From the NCBI GenBank assembly GCA_965112735.1, contig OZ218950.1:7006001-7070000 (forward strand): a stretch of 64,000 nucleotides of DNA. The letters are read 5' to 3'. The notes under the pieces are model-generated. The model was given only the letters and a program-made list of their open reading frames with translations. It ran no database searches and was not told where the DNA came from. This DNA is from Phaeosaccion multiseriatum (Eukaryota > Protista > Ochrophyta, other classes). Positions 1 through 16,839 of the stretch are shown here, in pieces. The first letter of the stretch is position 1. Every line of letters starts with the position of its first letter. Made by a program: the position numbers and the translations under genes.

Positions 1-2260
1 ATGCTCAGCAGGGAGGAGATGCGGCACTACGCAGGTGCGGCGAGGAGGGGGAGGGGGAGGGGGTGCGGCGGGAGAGAGGGGGGAGGGCAACGGCATGTGT
101 GTGTGTGTGTGTGTGCGTGTGTGTATGTTGCTTCAGTCCTCCTTCGCTTGCATCTGAATCATCCTCCTCCTTTGTCCCCCTCGCCCGCTCGCCCGCTCCC
201 TCGGTCTTGCCCCATATGCCTCTTTCCATCTCTCTCAGGGTCGCGTGCCTCCATGCGCCTCACACCGGTGTTCGCACAGCGTCTCTTCGAAGAGACCATC
301 ACCTACAAGATAGCGGCGGGGGAGGGCCCAGGGGGGGAGGGTGTGGCGGCAGCAGGCACGAAGGAAGGCGAGATGGACTACAAGACTTTCCTTGACTTCG
401 TCTTGGCCATGGAGAATATGGAGGTGCGGCATGCGGTTACGTTTGTCATATGCCAGTGGAAGGGAGAATGGAGTGGGGTGGAATGGTTTGAGCCTTGGCA
501 ACTAGTAGGAGCAAGGGATGCGGGTGAGGGTGAAACGAGGTCGAATGGCTGAGTGACGTTGAGTGGTGGCAGCCCACTCGCTCCCTCTAAGGCTGGTATA
601 GAGTTTAGACGGGGGTGAATGAATGAACGGAATGGATGTCTTGTGCGGATCGTAAGGCGCTAGACAGCCCCCCCCCCCCTCCCGCTCCGCATCAAATGGG
701 GGCACACACACACACATTCACACTTCTTCACACGCTCTCGTGGCGTTGCTCTCTTCGCTGAGAAGGGGTGGGGAGGAGATACGGAGAGTTGGCCTTCCAT
801 CCTGTCGGCATGAATACCTTCCTTTCCTCACCCTTGCTGCCTCGCTTCGCTCACCCTCCCCTTCGATGGCCCCTCTCAACCCCCCCTTTTCGGCCGATTA
901 GACCCCGCAAGCGCTGGCCTACTTCTGGCGACTGCTGGATGTGCACAAGTGCGGCTACCTCACCACCTGGAGCATCAACTACCTCTTCAGAGACGTCGTA
1001 GCGCAGCTCCTGGCCGTCAACTTCGAACCTCCGCAAGTGGCCGACGTGCGGGTAGGTGCCTATGGATGTTACGTAGGTGTACGTACTTTGTGGTTGATGC
1101 TGCTGCTCTCGGGTGGTGGTGGGGCCGCTGCTGGTGCTCCTGTTTGTAGTAGTAGTGGTGGTGATGCTGCTGCGGCTGCTACTGGTGCTGGTGGTGGTGC
1201 TGCTGCTGGTTGTGGTGGTGGTGCTGCTGCTGGTTGTTGTGGTGGTGGTGGTGCTGCTGGTTGTTGTGGTGGTGGTGCTGCTGCTGGTTGTTGTGGTGGT
1301 GGTGACTCGGGGCAAGAACGATGTGGGGAACAGCGCGGCCTTTGGTGTCCTCCTTACCCTCCCATCCTTTGCAACACCTTCCCGCCCCCACGCCTTATGT
1401 AACCGTATTGTAACCGCAACCCGCAGGACGAAATCTTCGACATGGTGAACCCTTTGGACCCGCACCGAATCACTTTGGATGACCTCGTGGGCAGCGGAGT
1501 CGGGCACACGGTGGTGAGTGACTGTGACGAGCCGGATTGGACAGGACTGGGGAGGGGGGGCGCTGGTTGTATAGTACAGCTTTCACAGTTGGATAGTTGG
1601 ATGGATGGATAGATGGATCGACCTGTGGTTGCCAGGGGGTAATCAGGAGTCAAGGCTGGCGGCATGGGCAGCGCCATCTGCCCACACTCCACATAGAGCT
1701 GTGTGGGCATGGCTCTTAGTACCGGTGTTGAGCGGTCTGACTGGTGTGCTGCGATGGGGAAAAACACAAGCAAAATCCTTTTTTGTCTTTTTGGCCTCCC
1801 TCCCCTTGTCCTTGTGTTGTCTCGTGGGGCAATGCTCTGCTCGCTGCAGGTGAGCATGCTCATCGACTCAAATGGCTTTTGCGCGTACGACCAACGCGAG
1901 AGCATGATGCACGACTCCGACGACGGAGAGGAAGAGGAGGAGGGGGAGGGGGAAGGAGAGGGGCTTTCCCACGACAGTGCATACGCTGTGGTGACGCAGG
2001 AGGCCGTCATCGGTACACTGTCAGGGAGTACCGCCAAAGACGTGCCCAGCAGTGTCAGCAGTGGTAGTGGAGAGGGCGGTGGGGAGGAGGGCGAGCAGAG
2101 CCCCGCGGTGGAAAACGTACTGGGGTCTGATGCTGAAGGAGAAGGAGGAGGAGGAGGAGGAGGAGGAGGAGGAGGAGGAGGAGAAGGAGGAGGAGGAGGA
2201 GGAGGAGGAGGAGGAGGAGGAGGAGGAGGAGGAGGAGGGGAGGGGGGGGCAGGGGGGTGA
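1..2260 (+). CDS. PPP2R3C: PP2A regulatory subunit B'' gamma (PPP2R3C/G5PR, TON2/FASS-like), 3' part only; exons ~<1-34, 239-423, 902-1051, 1427-1513, 1850-2260
   Basis: Spliced product reads GEMDYKTFLDFVLAMEN..TPQALAYFWRLLDV..DEIFDMVNPLDPHRITLDDL..VSMLIDSNGFCAYDQRE, the characteristic EF-hand C-terminus of B''gamma/TON2. All junctions are GT-AG and phase-consistent. The acidic/poly-Gly tail is uncertain. Confidence 0.88.
1085..1305. repeat. Intronic compound (GTG)n(CTG)n(GTT) minisatellite
   Basis: Repeated GGTGGTGGTGCTGCTGCTGGTTGTT-like units inside a PPP2R3C intron. Confidence 0.8.
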
Positions 2261-4075
2261 AAGAGACGGAGGGGTGTGAGACGGGCGGAAGGGCGGACGG
2301 TCAGGACGCGAGACTGGACAAGGACAGGATGAATCGGCGCCGAAGTAAGACAGCACAGGAGAGGGCTGCACGCTGGATGGAGCGCTCATGTTGGGGGTGT
2401 GCAAATCGCCCGCCAGGCTATGTGGGGCTGATGTGTGAGACAGCTGCTTTGTGGGGAGGGAAGATGGAAGCGGGGCACTCATAGGAAGGAAGGAGAAGGG
2501 AAGATGCGCCTCTTGCTTACTTGCTTGCTTGCATGTATGCATGGCCTGGCCCTCATGAAGGGCCAGCAGAGACCCCATCAGGCAAAAGAGAGGAGGGAGG
2601 CGCGGCTAAGCAAAGCGTTGCAGAGGCGTCTGTTGTGTGCGGCACATGCTCTCTCACGCACATGCTCTCTCACGCACATGCTCCCTCGAGGTGTGTGTAC
2701 CCAATAGGCGGCCGCCGTCAGCCGCGGGAGGGAGGGAGGGAGGGGAGCGAACAAGCGGAAGCGGAAGGGGGGCTTGGAGGCTCACTCTGGGCGGGCGTCG
2801 CTCTGACCGTTCGTCGGGGAGGAGCGGACAAGCAGATAGAGATTGAGAGAGAGAGAGAGAGAGAGAGAGAGTGAGGAGCTTCTGCCGGGAGGACGAGGGA
2901 AGAGCCAGTCAGCGCCGCCTCGCACACTGTCTTCCCAACTGTCTGGGGCGGGCACTGAGGCTTGCTTCCCTCTGTGGGCACGGCTTCAGTCGCGGCCGCG
3001 GCCACTGACTCCATGGGCACCCGATCGATTACCCTCGGAAAGGACTCAGCAGCTCTACAGATGTCGACGCCGTCGGAGGGGGAACCTTACCACTTCCTGG
3101 TGGTGTGGAGGGCGGGAGTGGAGGCGATGAAGCACCTTCGCCCCCCCCTTGGAGCTGCCTGCCCCACAGAGGATATCGGATCAGGAGGAGAGCTCGATCC
3201 GCGCGTGTAAGTGTATGCCCAACACGCACGAGACACAGTGTAGAGCGACTACAGTGACATCGGAGCGTGAGGCATGTTTATGGTGACCGCTTTTGAAAGG
3301 CAAGGCACGAAACTTGTATCTTACTGGGATGGTTTGAAACGAGTCGGGTTATAAGTGGAATGCCTGGCTGGACTCGACTGTCTAAGCCTGGGCCAAGGCA
3401 TATCCTGGGGAGAGGGTCAGTATCACGATCACGAAGGCAATGGTATCCCTTTCCCCAAACAACTTGACTTGGCGGTGCATGCAAGTGCTGTCCGTGTGTG
3501 AAATACAGACGTTGTGCCGTCTGCGCAGATGTTTGTTGCAGTTTCAGTTCATTAAACCCCCAACCAATGGCTGGCCCGAAAGGCGCGGCCCGCTACTAAG
3601 CCCTTATAGGGGGGTTAGACCGCCAGGCTGACGATTGGAGAGGAGTGTCACCTTGCTTTCGTTCCAAGGACTCCTCGCAACTTTTTCTGGCACTATATTG
3701 GTACACGACTTCTCCTCTGCTGTGGGACGTGATTTCTCGATCTTGAAAATCGAGCTCTAACTTCGGAGGTGCTGTAACGCCAATTTTTAATGGGTTTCAC
3801 ATATTAAACATAAAAGAGGAGCAGTAAGGGGAGAACAAGGAGGAGGAGGGCAGGCGGTAAGAAGTCAAAGCTGTTCAGTGGCTCAGTGCACTCCCTAAGG
3901 CCTTAAGATTCGACACAAAGGCAACACCGTGTGTGTGAAGGTGAGCATGGAAGAGTTGCCCTTCGGTTGCTCGTATTGCTCGACTATCGCACAGGGGCTC
4001 TGTCTTGCCGCCGATTCATACTCTTGTAGCTGGAAGTCACCTTGTCTTTGGGGAAGGTTCTCCACTCGCTCTTCC

Positions 4076-4134
<59 letters not shown>

Positions 4135-4322
4135 ACACACAAACAAACACCTTAACCTCGCCTTTCCCCTCCTTCACATCCTCAACGTGTGTAATCTTAG
4201 CTCCTCCTGTGGAGCGCTCCAATGCCTGGCCCGATTGACTTGGTGCTCATGGAAAGCCCCCCTATTTGATCGCGAGGAGAGGATTCGCTCCCGTTACGGC
4301 ACAGAGAACAAACTCTTTTGTC

Positions 4323-9268
<4,946 letters not shown>

Positions 9269-9312
9269 TGAGCGAGTTGGTCATACGGCGAGACAGCGAT
9301 ACAGCGAGACAG

Positions 9313-9510
9313 GAGGAGGAGGAGGAGGAGGAGGAGGAGGAGGAGGAGGAGGAGGAGGAGGAGGAGGAGGAGGAGGAGGAGGAGGAGGAGGAGGAGGAGG
9401 AGGAGGAGGAGGAGGAGGAGGAGGAGGAGGAGGAGGAGGAGGAGGAGGAGGAGGAGGAGGAGGAGGAGGAGGAGGAGGAGGAGGAGGAGGAGGAGGAGGA
9501 GGAGGAGGAG
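9313..9510. repeat. Perfect (GAG)66 trinucleotide tract just downstream of the NCX stop
   Basis: Seen directly; it generates spurious poly-E/S/P ORFs. Confidence 0.95.
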
Positions 9511-10244
9511 CAGAGAGATAGAGCGCGCATGCTGCGGCTAAAAGTGTCGATTCTAATCCGTGGGGAGGGCGGGAAAGCAGCCCCTTGCTTGACTTCAAGA
9601 CAGACGGACGGACGGACGGACGGACGGACGAAGGGAGGGGGGCCCGGTTTGTTGTTGACGTGTTGTATTATTGATTGTTTGTAGTGACGTCGGGTGCCAT
9701 CGTAGGGCACTGAGGTGGCTCATCTGCCTCATAGGATGACGGGTGGCGGGTGGGGAGCATGGGGTTGCCATTGCTTTGCTGTGCTGTGCTGTGGCGTACG
9801 AAACGCGGCCAACAACATGCTTGAGAGAGCAGCGGGACAGCGGTAGGACGACCGCAGCCGGCCCTGGGTATATGTAACCGTCGACGCCGGCCCTGGGTAC
9901 ATGTGGCCGTCGAGGAGTCTGTGGTGGGATGGAAAGGTTCAGAGCGATGGAGCGAGGGAGGGGGAAGGGAGGGAGGAGGGGGAGGAGGCGGCGGGGCGCA
10001 AGAGGGTTGATAAGATAGAGGCATCGTACGTATGGATACGTATGGAGCAGCTAAGGCCGTGGGTGGGGGAGGGGGCGGGGGGCTAAAGGTCTGAGATTGA
10101 GAGAGTGCGCAGGAGTTTGGTTGGAAGGGAACCTGTGACAGGCAGCGAGACGGCCCCGTCGGGTCGTGGTGTAGCTAGGCGAGAGCGTAGTGCCTGCTCT
10201 ACCTCTACGCCTGCTCTCCCACTAACATTGTGGGTGTGGAGCTG

Positions 10245-10307
10245 CAACCCGACTAGGTGTGTTCCGACTAGTTCAACAAGTGACCTTCAAAAAAAAAAAA
10301 AAAAAAA
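10245..10307 (+). mobile_element. Tiny 5'-truncated non-LTR (LINE/SINE-type) insertion with an A19 tail
   Basis: 44 nt plus A19, flanked by the exact direct repeat TGGAGCTG (10237-10244 and 10308-10315). Confidence 0.65.
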
Positions 10308-10506
10308 TGGAGCTGAACACCATAAATTGAGTCGATGAGCAGCGCCTGAAGACTCAGGAGGATGCAATCGTGCCCTGGACTTCGTGTGTGTTGTGGTTAT
10401 GATATTATGTCGGCCGGCGCCGGTCGGTCAGCCGCCAGATTCGTGTTCACAGATGGCGGCCTGCGTTCCATCTTGCCCCCCCACTCCACACACAAACCGA
10501 CTCAAT

Positions 10507-11289
10507 ATGCGGGGGCTCTCGGCATCATGGCTGTTCCTTGTGGCTCTTCTGATCTTATCCGCGAGTCAGCTGTGCAGCGCGAAGAGCTGGGCCAGCGTTG
10601 CGGCCGGAGACCCGCCTGCTTCCTCCGCCAAAGCCAAGCCTGCCCCGAAACCGAGGACCCGCTCTTCCTCTGGTGCTGCCTCCGCGAAGAAGGAACCAGC
10701 CCCGCCGCCTGTGCTAGTGTCGAAGAAGCTCCCTGCCGGAGCTGTCAAGGCTATGGTGCGCAACGTGTACGATGGAGACACGCTCACGCTCATCGACGAG
10801 AAGCGGGTGCGCTTCTTGGGTATCGACACCCCCGAGGTGGCAGAGAAGCAGCCCTTTGCACAGGAGGCCAAGGCGTACACCAGGAATTACTGCCACAAGA
10901 AGGAGATCTACCTCACTTTCGATCCGTATGGAGACAAGGAGGACAAGTTCGGAAGGCTGCTCGCCTTTGTGTGGGTCGAAGTGGAGGGCGGATACCTTTG
11001 CATCAACGAGGGCATTGTGCAGGAGGGGCTGGCGACCGTCTACCTCCCTAATAAGGAAGCCAGGCTTTCCAATCTCAAGAAGATGCTCGCTTTGCAGAAC
11101 CAAGCCAGAAAGGCGGGCCGGGGCATATGGGGCAGCTTCACTGAGATGGATGTGCTCGTGACTCGGAATGGGGCGGCGTATCACAAACCCAAGTGTAAGC
11201 ACTTGTATCGCTCGAGGAATCTCAGGACCCTCAAGGCTTCAGCGGCGATAGACAAGGGCTTGCATCCATGCAGGACTTGTCTGTCATAG
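10507..11289 (+). CDS. Intronless secreted staphylococcal-nuclease-like (SNase/thermonuclease) protein with a C-terminal Ada-like Zn-binding module, 260 aa
   Basis: Signal peptide MRGLSASWLFLVALLILSASQLCSA; SNase motifs VYDGDT, RVRFLGIDTPE, DKFGRLLAFVW, INEGIVQEGLA, ARKAGRGIW; tail VTRNGAAYHKPKC..GLHPCRTC. Confidence 0.88.
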   Translation: MRGLSASWLFLVALLILSASQLCSAKSWASVAAGDPPASSAKAKPAPKPRTRSSSGAASAKKEPAPPPVLVSKKLPAGAVKAMVRNVYDGDTLTLIDEKRVRFLGIDTPEVAEKQPFAQEAKAYTRNYCHKKEIYLTFDPYGDKEDKFGRLLAFVWVEVEGGYLCINEGIVQEGLATVYLPNKEARLSNLKKMLALQNQARKAGRGIWGSFTEMDVLVTRNGAAYHKPKCKHLYRSRNLRTLKASAAIDKGLHPCRTCLS

Positions 11290-12084
11290 AGCGCGCTTTG
11301 GCGAAGCCCGACAGGAGGACTATCGCAGAGAAGGAAGGAAGGAAGGAAGGAAGGAGGGGGGTTGGGGGAGGGGGGGGGGGGGGAGAAGGGGTCGCTGTAC
11401 ATACTTAACAACGCCACGCACAGCAGTATAGAGTGCAATAGAGATTTAAGGAAGAGTTCCTCTTTCTATTTTTTTAGTTTTAAAAAATTAAGATGAAAGG
11501 AGCCATTAAAAGAGGGGGGTTGTTCGCTGGCTGCTGGGCAACAGCACATCGGGGGCCACTCGCCACTCTTCTGCCATCGCAAGAGAGGGCACGACGAGAC
11601 GACGAGACCTCTGGCGATACTAACAACTGACACACACACAGAGAGGGGGGGGGGGGGGGGGGGCAGAGAAGAGAGAGAGAGAGAGTGAGAGTCTCGGCCG
11701 AAGAGTATGCGATGCCAAGACAGACTGACAGAGGGAAAAAACTGGCCTCTTCTCGACACGACTGGGCTGGCATAAGAAGTGCAGAGGTGTGCACACCGTC
11801 CAAGGAGCGAAGCATCCTCTGAGACTCTGAAGCCCTCACTCCTCCCTTTCCCTTTTCTGCTCTTTCCTCTCTAAAGATCGATAAAGACCTCGGCTTTTTA
11901 GTTCTTGCTCGCGGTCTCCATGCCCCTGCTGTGCACGAATCTGTTGGTGCCCACAGCTCGTTGCCGGGTCGCTGTGCTGACGACCTTCTCAATATCCTGA
12001 AACCACAAATCGTCTCCTTTTTTTCGAATTGGTTTACAACTGTAAGCGAAAGAGTGAAAGCATCAATCGGCATATCAACGTTGC

Positions 12085-12484
12085 TCGACCCCTGACACGC
12101 TATCCGCTAACGCTATCGCCGGCGCCAGCCGGCACGCTATCCGCTCTCTCCGGCGCGCTATCCGCTATCGCCGGCGCAGCCGGCTCGCTATCCGCTATCG
12201 CCGGCGCGCAGCCGGCTCGCTATCCGCTATCGCCGGCGCCAGCCGGCGCGCTATCCGCTATCGCCAGCGTCAGCTGCTACCGCACCGGGGGGGGGGGGGA
12301 GAGCTGACGCCAGCCGGCGCGCTATCCGCTATCGGCCGGCGCCAGCCGGCACGCTATCCGCTATCGGCCGGCGCCAGCCGGCACGCTATCCGCTATTGGC
12401 CGGCGGCCGATAGCGCGCTATCGGGCCCGCCGGGGCGCGATAGCGCGCTATCGAGAATGTGAGCGATAGCGTGTCAGGGGTCGA
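12085..12484. mobile_element. Non-autonomous TIR DNA element (MITE), 400 bp
   Basis: Perfect 20-bp TIR TCGACCCCTGACACGCTATC (12085-12104, inverted copy 12465-12484); 6-bp direct repeat CGTTGC on both sides (12079-12084, 12485-12490); internal ~30-bp tandem units built from CGCTATC. Confidence 0.85.
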
Positions 12485-12633
12485 CGTTGCCGCCCTCCAG
12501 TGCCATCCCCCCTGCCTAAGAGTAATTTTGCCCGCAACGGCTGTCGCCTCTGATTCCGTCTCTCAGATAATCCTCGAGGGATTGGCCTGTGAGGCGACGC
12601 CGACAGAGGCGGGACTACAGACCAGTGCAAGCC

Positions 12634-14349
12634 ATGTCGTTCAGAGAGCTGAGAAGTGAGTGGTCGGCTTGTAGGGGGCGAAGCAGAAGAAGACGGAGGT
12701 CTTGGTCTGCCATGAGCTGCTGCTTGGGAGAAGCTTGGGGCTCGCCTCCGGGTGAAGCTGTGCCAGGCTCTTTGCCCTTCGCTCTCCCCTCCTCACTTGC
12801 CTCTTCCCCCTTCGTCATGAACCAAATATCCAAAGGCCCGTGCAACAACCCCTTCCATTACCCTCCCAATTCTTTCCTTCTTTTACCTCCCCTCCTCCTC
12901 CTCCTCCTCTCCCCCTCCCCCCTGCTACTGCTGCTGTCACACAAGACTTCACTGAGATGATGCGAGCTCTGGGCTATCCTCGCCTCATCAGCGTGGACAA
13001 CTTCCGAACGCCCAACTTCGAACTCGTTGCCGACTCCCTTTACTGGATGGTGAAGAGATACGACCCAGACATCATCATCACGTACGTTGCTGCATCGCTA
13101 TGCACACGGGCGGGGTGTGGTGCAGGGACCAGAGAGGGATTGCCATGGTGGGCAAGGGAGGGAAATACATGAGAGCCGGATGGGGGGGGGTGGCTTGGGC
13201 CCTCTCACTATCCACAACAAGGGAGGCGGGAATAGCCCCATACTCTTGGAGAGACCCAGCTAGACATGGTCGAGGAGGAGGGGGAGGAGGAGGAGGAGGC
13301 GGAGGAGTGCCGGCGCTGTCCCTTGTACTCCTCTCAGCGCTGACTACCCACCCGCCCTTTGACTGCCGTCATCTGTGTGGTGATGTCGCTCGACCACCTT
13401 GATCTCTATCTGACCCCTATACACACACACACACGTACACATGCACGGTTACATATGCATCTATCACACCCACCCGCCGAAGCAGTGATAGTATCGAGAC
13501 TGAGAACGACCGCGTTGAGTTCTTAACCTCGGCCTCCACGGCACTACTCAACAAGGCCCACATTATGCTCAACGCCAAGCGCCTCTACGCCGCCGATGGA
13601 AACGCCGTGAGAGAGCTACTGAAGCTCGCCACCGTGCTCTACAGCGCCTCCAGGGCGAACACACTGGCGGAGAGCGGCGGGGGGAAGGCCGGGGCGGACC
13701 AGGACGACGACGGAGAGGCGGTCATGCTCACCGCACAGGTAGGTGATGCGTGGGTGGATGGGTGGGTGGTGAGGAGGCAAGCAATAGCTTCTTGTCTTCC
13801 TCGGGTGTGGCCCCAAAGGATGGCAGTCCATGGAAGTCTATGCAGTCGAAGTATTCCGTCCTGTCTTGTCCACTTCTTTTCCTTCCTGCGTTCCACTTTT
13901 TCTGTCTGTTTTCCTTTTGAGCTTTTCAAACAAGTCGCGAAATGCGTCGCTTGGGCTGGGAACACACACACAACACTGACGCACACACACACATACATCA
14001 ACACACATACACACATACATACACACACATACATGCATACATACATACATACATACATACATACATACATACATACATACATACATACATACATACATAC
14101 ATACATACATACATACATACATACATACACACACACATCAACACACACAGCTGACGCACATCAAGGAGGCCCGGGCGATGGCCACTGAGATAACGGAGAA
14201 GGGCGCTTTACTGTTCGACTTGCTCAGCAACGAGAAGACCGTCCGTAGGGCCCGCCTCAAGGCAAGTGAAAGTGTGCATGGACGTGGGCGTATGCGTGCG
14301 GGTGTGTGTGGGCATGTGCGTGTGCCCATTTCTCGTATGCGTTTTTGAA

Positions 14350-14396
<47 letters not shown>

Positions 14397-16672
14397 GCTG
14401 TGATTCTGCTTCCGCTCCGCGTCTCTCTCTCTGCTGCTGCCTGCCTGCCTGCCTGCCCATCTGTGTCTGTGCCTAACGTACTCTGTTGCTATTGCTCTTA
14501 CGTCAGGCCATGGCGTTTCTGGACGCGGTGTCGGGTAACATGGGCATGTCTCAGAGCTCTGAGCACCGCCTCATCGACTCCAGCCTCAGGGAAATCATCG
14601 CCAACACCAAGGAGGTTAGTTTGAGCTTCAGTGTATTAGATTTGATGTATATCCAATACAACCATGAGTGGAAGCCAGGGCACGGTTGGATCCTCCTGAG
14701 TCTTCAGACGCTGTTCCTTGTTGGAGGATAGCAAGCACAGAAGCTTCGATATCGACTTCATTTATGGTGTTCGATTGAAAACTGAAAACTGAAAACTGTA
14801 TCCAATAGCAGTCAGTCCATGATTTGTGGGGTGGAGTAGAGTGGGGGGGGGGGCTACATCTGCATCGTGAACGAAGTAAGGAAGAAAGGAAGAAAGTGGA
14901 GGTGTTGGGTGGACCATTCTCATCGTATAATCCGCTCATAGCCCCCTCCCCCCCCCTCCCCCTTCGCCCCCCTCCCTCCCCTGTCTTCTGCCCTCCCTTC
15001 TCCTCTTACTCAGAACATTGAGTCCCTCCAGCGGCAGTGCGACGACCTGGTGGCTGACGAGAAGGTGAGACACACGAGGGAGCGGAGTCCACACTCAGTC
15101 AGTCTTGCAAGTGTGAGAGGGAATAGCTCGTGGCCCTCCTCTCCCCTTCGCTGACATCTCCCCCCCCTCTCCCCTTCGCTGACCCCTCTTCTCCCTCTCT
15201 CATTTGCTCACTCACCCCTCTCTCCCCATTCCTTGCTGACTTATCCTCTCTCCCTCTCTCCTCTGTTGACTTCCCCTCTGTTCTCTCTCTCAGGCTCTCT
15301 CCGCCCGGATGAAGAAGCGGCAAGCCGAGCTGGAGAGGAACGAGAAGAGACTCAAGTCCCTGGCCACGCACCGCCCTGCCTTCGCAGACGAGTTCGACAA
15401 GCTCGAGGGGGAGCTCGGGCGCTACTACGAGGTGAGATTGGGCAGTTGGTGATACAGCGGCAGCTGGTGATACAGCAGCGCCAAAAGTAGGAGTAGAGGT
15501 ACCTCCTCCTCCTCCTCCTCCTCCTCCTTGATAAACACCTGACTGCGAATCAATCCTTTCCTGCCCCACTCACTCACACACACAATCTACCGCCAACAGG
15601 TGTACATGGAACGATTACGCAACCTGGACTACCTCGAGCACGAGCTAGAGAAGTACAACAAGGCGGAGGACAGAGAGAAGGAGGAGTACGATAAGAAGAG
15701 GAACCGCATCGCCGTGCGCATTCGCAAGAACGAGCTCAAAGATTTCATTGGAAGAGAGCCCGAGGAGGTGGAGGAGGGCATGGCGCAGCTCCGGGGCAGT
15801 CGGCAGCAGCAGCAGGGAGGGGGAAGCAGGGGAGGATCCGGCGGCGGCGAGCGAGTGTCTTCCCGAGGGGGAGGTAACGGTACAGGAGGAGGAGTTCGTG
15901 GGAATAGCAGGGGGAACCGCAGTGGGGGCGGGGGAGGCAGGGATGCCGGTGGAGCAGGCTGGAAGGGGGGAGAGAGGGGGGGCAGCGGTGGTAGAGGAGG
16001 GGATAGGGGCAAAGTGGAGGGCGGAGGTGGCAAGAAGCGGCTGGAAGACGACAATGACGACTCGAGTAGATCTTCGAGTGACGTCAGCGGCAGCGATCTG
16101 CAGGATGAGGACTCGGCCAGCTCCAGCAGCGACGAGGTGAGTCAGTCAGGCACCAGGTACAGGGTGAGGCAGGTAGGAGCAGGCAGCATGTAAGGACAGT
16201 AGGTATATTGCCTCTGTTTAGCGGCACTCGCGGTAGTGGGAGGGGGGAGGGAGTGCGAGGGAGGAAGGAGAGAGTCATCTGCACGCGACGCCTTAGGGAC
16301 TGCCCCTCCTTGTTCCTGCTTGGTGCTGGTGTGGGCGAGTGTGCGTGCGTGCGTGCATGCGTGCGTGGGTGCGTGGGTGCATGCGTGCGTGGGTGCGTGC
16401 GTGGGTGGGTGGGTGGGTGGGTGGTGGCCTCTGTCCTGCCTGTCCATGCTCATATCCCTCTCTTTCCCGTCCACACTCCTCCCTCTGTTACGTCACATGT
16501 TGCCCTTTTCGTTGTTGTTTGTTGCCTTACCTGCTCTACCCTCCTCTCCCAGGAGCTGAGCCTCAACGGGTCGGAGGAGAGTGAGAGTCTCATCGACGAC
16601 GACGAAGACGAATCCTCGGGAGGGGAGGCCTCGGGCTCAGACAGCAACAGCGCCGACTCGGAGGCCTTTTGA
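12634..16672 (+). CDS. CLUAP1: Clusterin-associated protein 1 / IFT38 (IFT-B subunit); exons 12634-12655, 12946-13081, 13486-13738, 14151-14261, 14507-14614, 15014-15064, 15294-15431, 15600-16136, 16553-16672
   Basis: Spliced N-terminus [40 protein letters not shown]; [16 protein letters not shown]; [27 protein letters not shown]; [10 protein letters not shown]; acidic tail. Confidence 0.95.
14035..14128. repeat. (CATA)n tetranucleotide microsatellite in a CLUAP1 intron
   Basis: Seen directly. Confidence 0.9.
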
Positions 16673-16806
16673 GGGGATTCGGAGGGCGTTCTAGTGGATT
16701 CAGAGGCTCTTTGAGGGGATTCGGAGGTACTTCTGGTGGATTCAGAGGCTCTCCGGCAAGTATCCTACCCTCCCCCACTGCTCGGAAACATGCGACAAGG
16801 GGGCAG

Positions 16807-16839
<33 letters not shown>

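Noticed and set aside
2700-3210. Possible extra exons or a small gene downstream of PPP2R3C
   Set aside because: No recognisable domain or convincing splice path; interrupted by (GA)n
3230-4070. AT-richer intergenic stretch as a TE or ncRNA
   Set aside because: No TIR, TSD, tRNA fold or coding motif found by eye
12100-12420. ~30-bp repeats as a CRISPR array, or the 92-aa ORF 12029-12307 as a gene
   Set aside because: No unique spacers; the repeats are internal to a TIR/TSD-bounded element
14615-14830. Possible intronic snoRNA in CLUAP1
   Set aside because: No well-placed C/D boxes with a terminal stem could be supported
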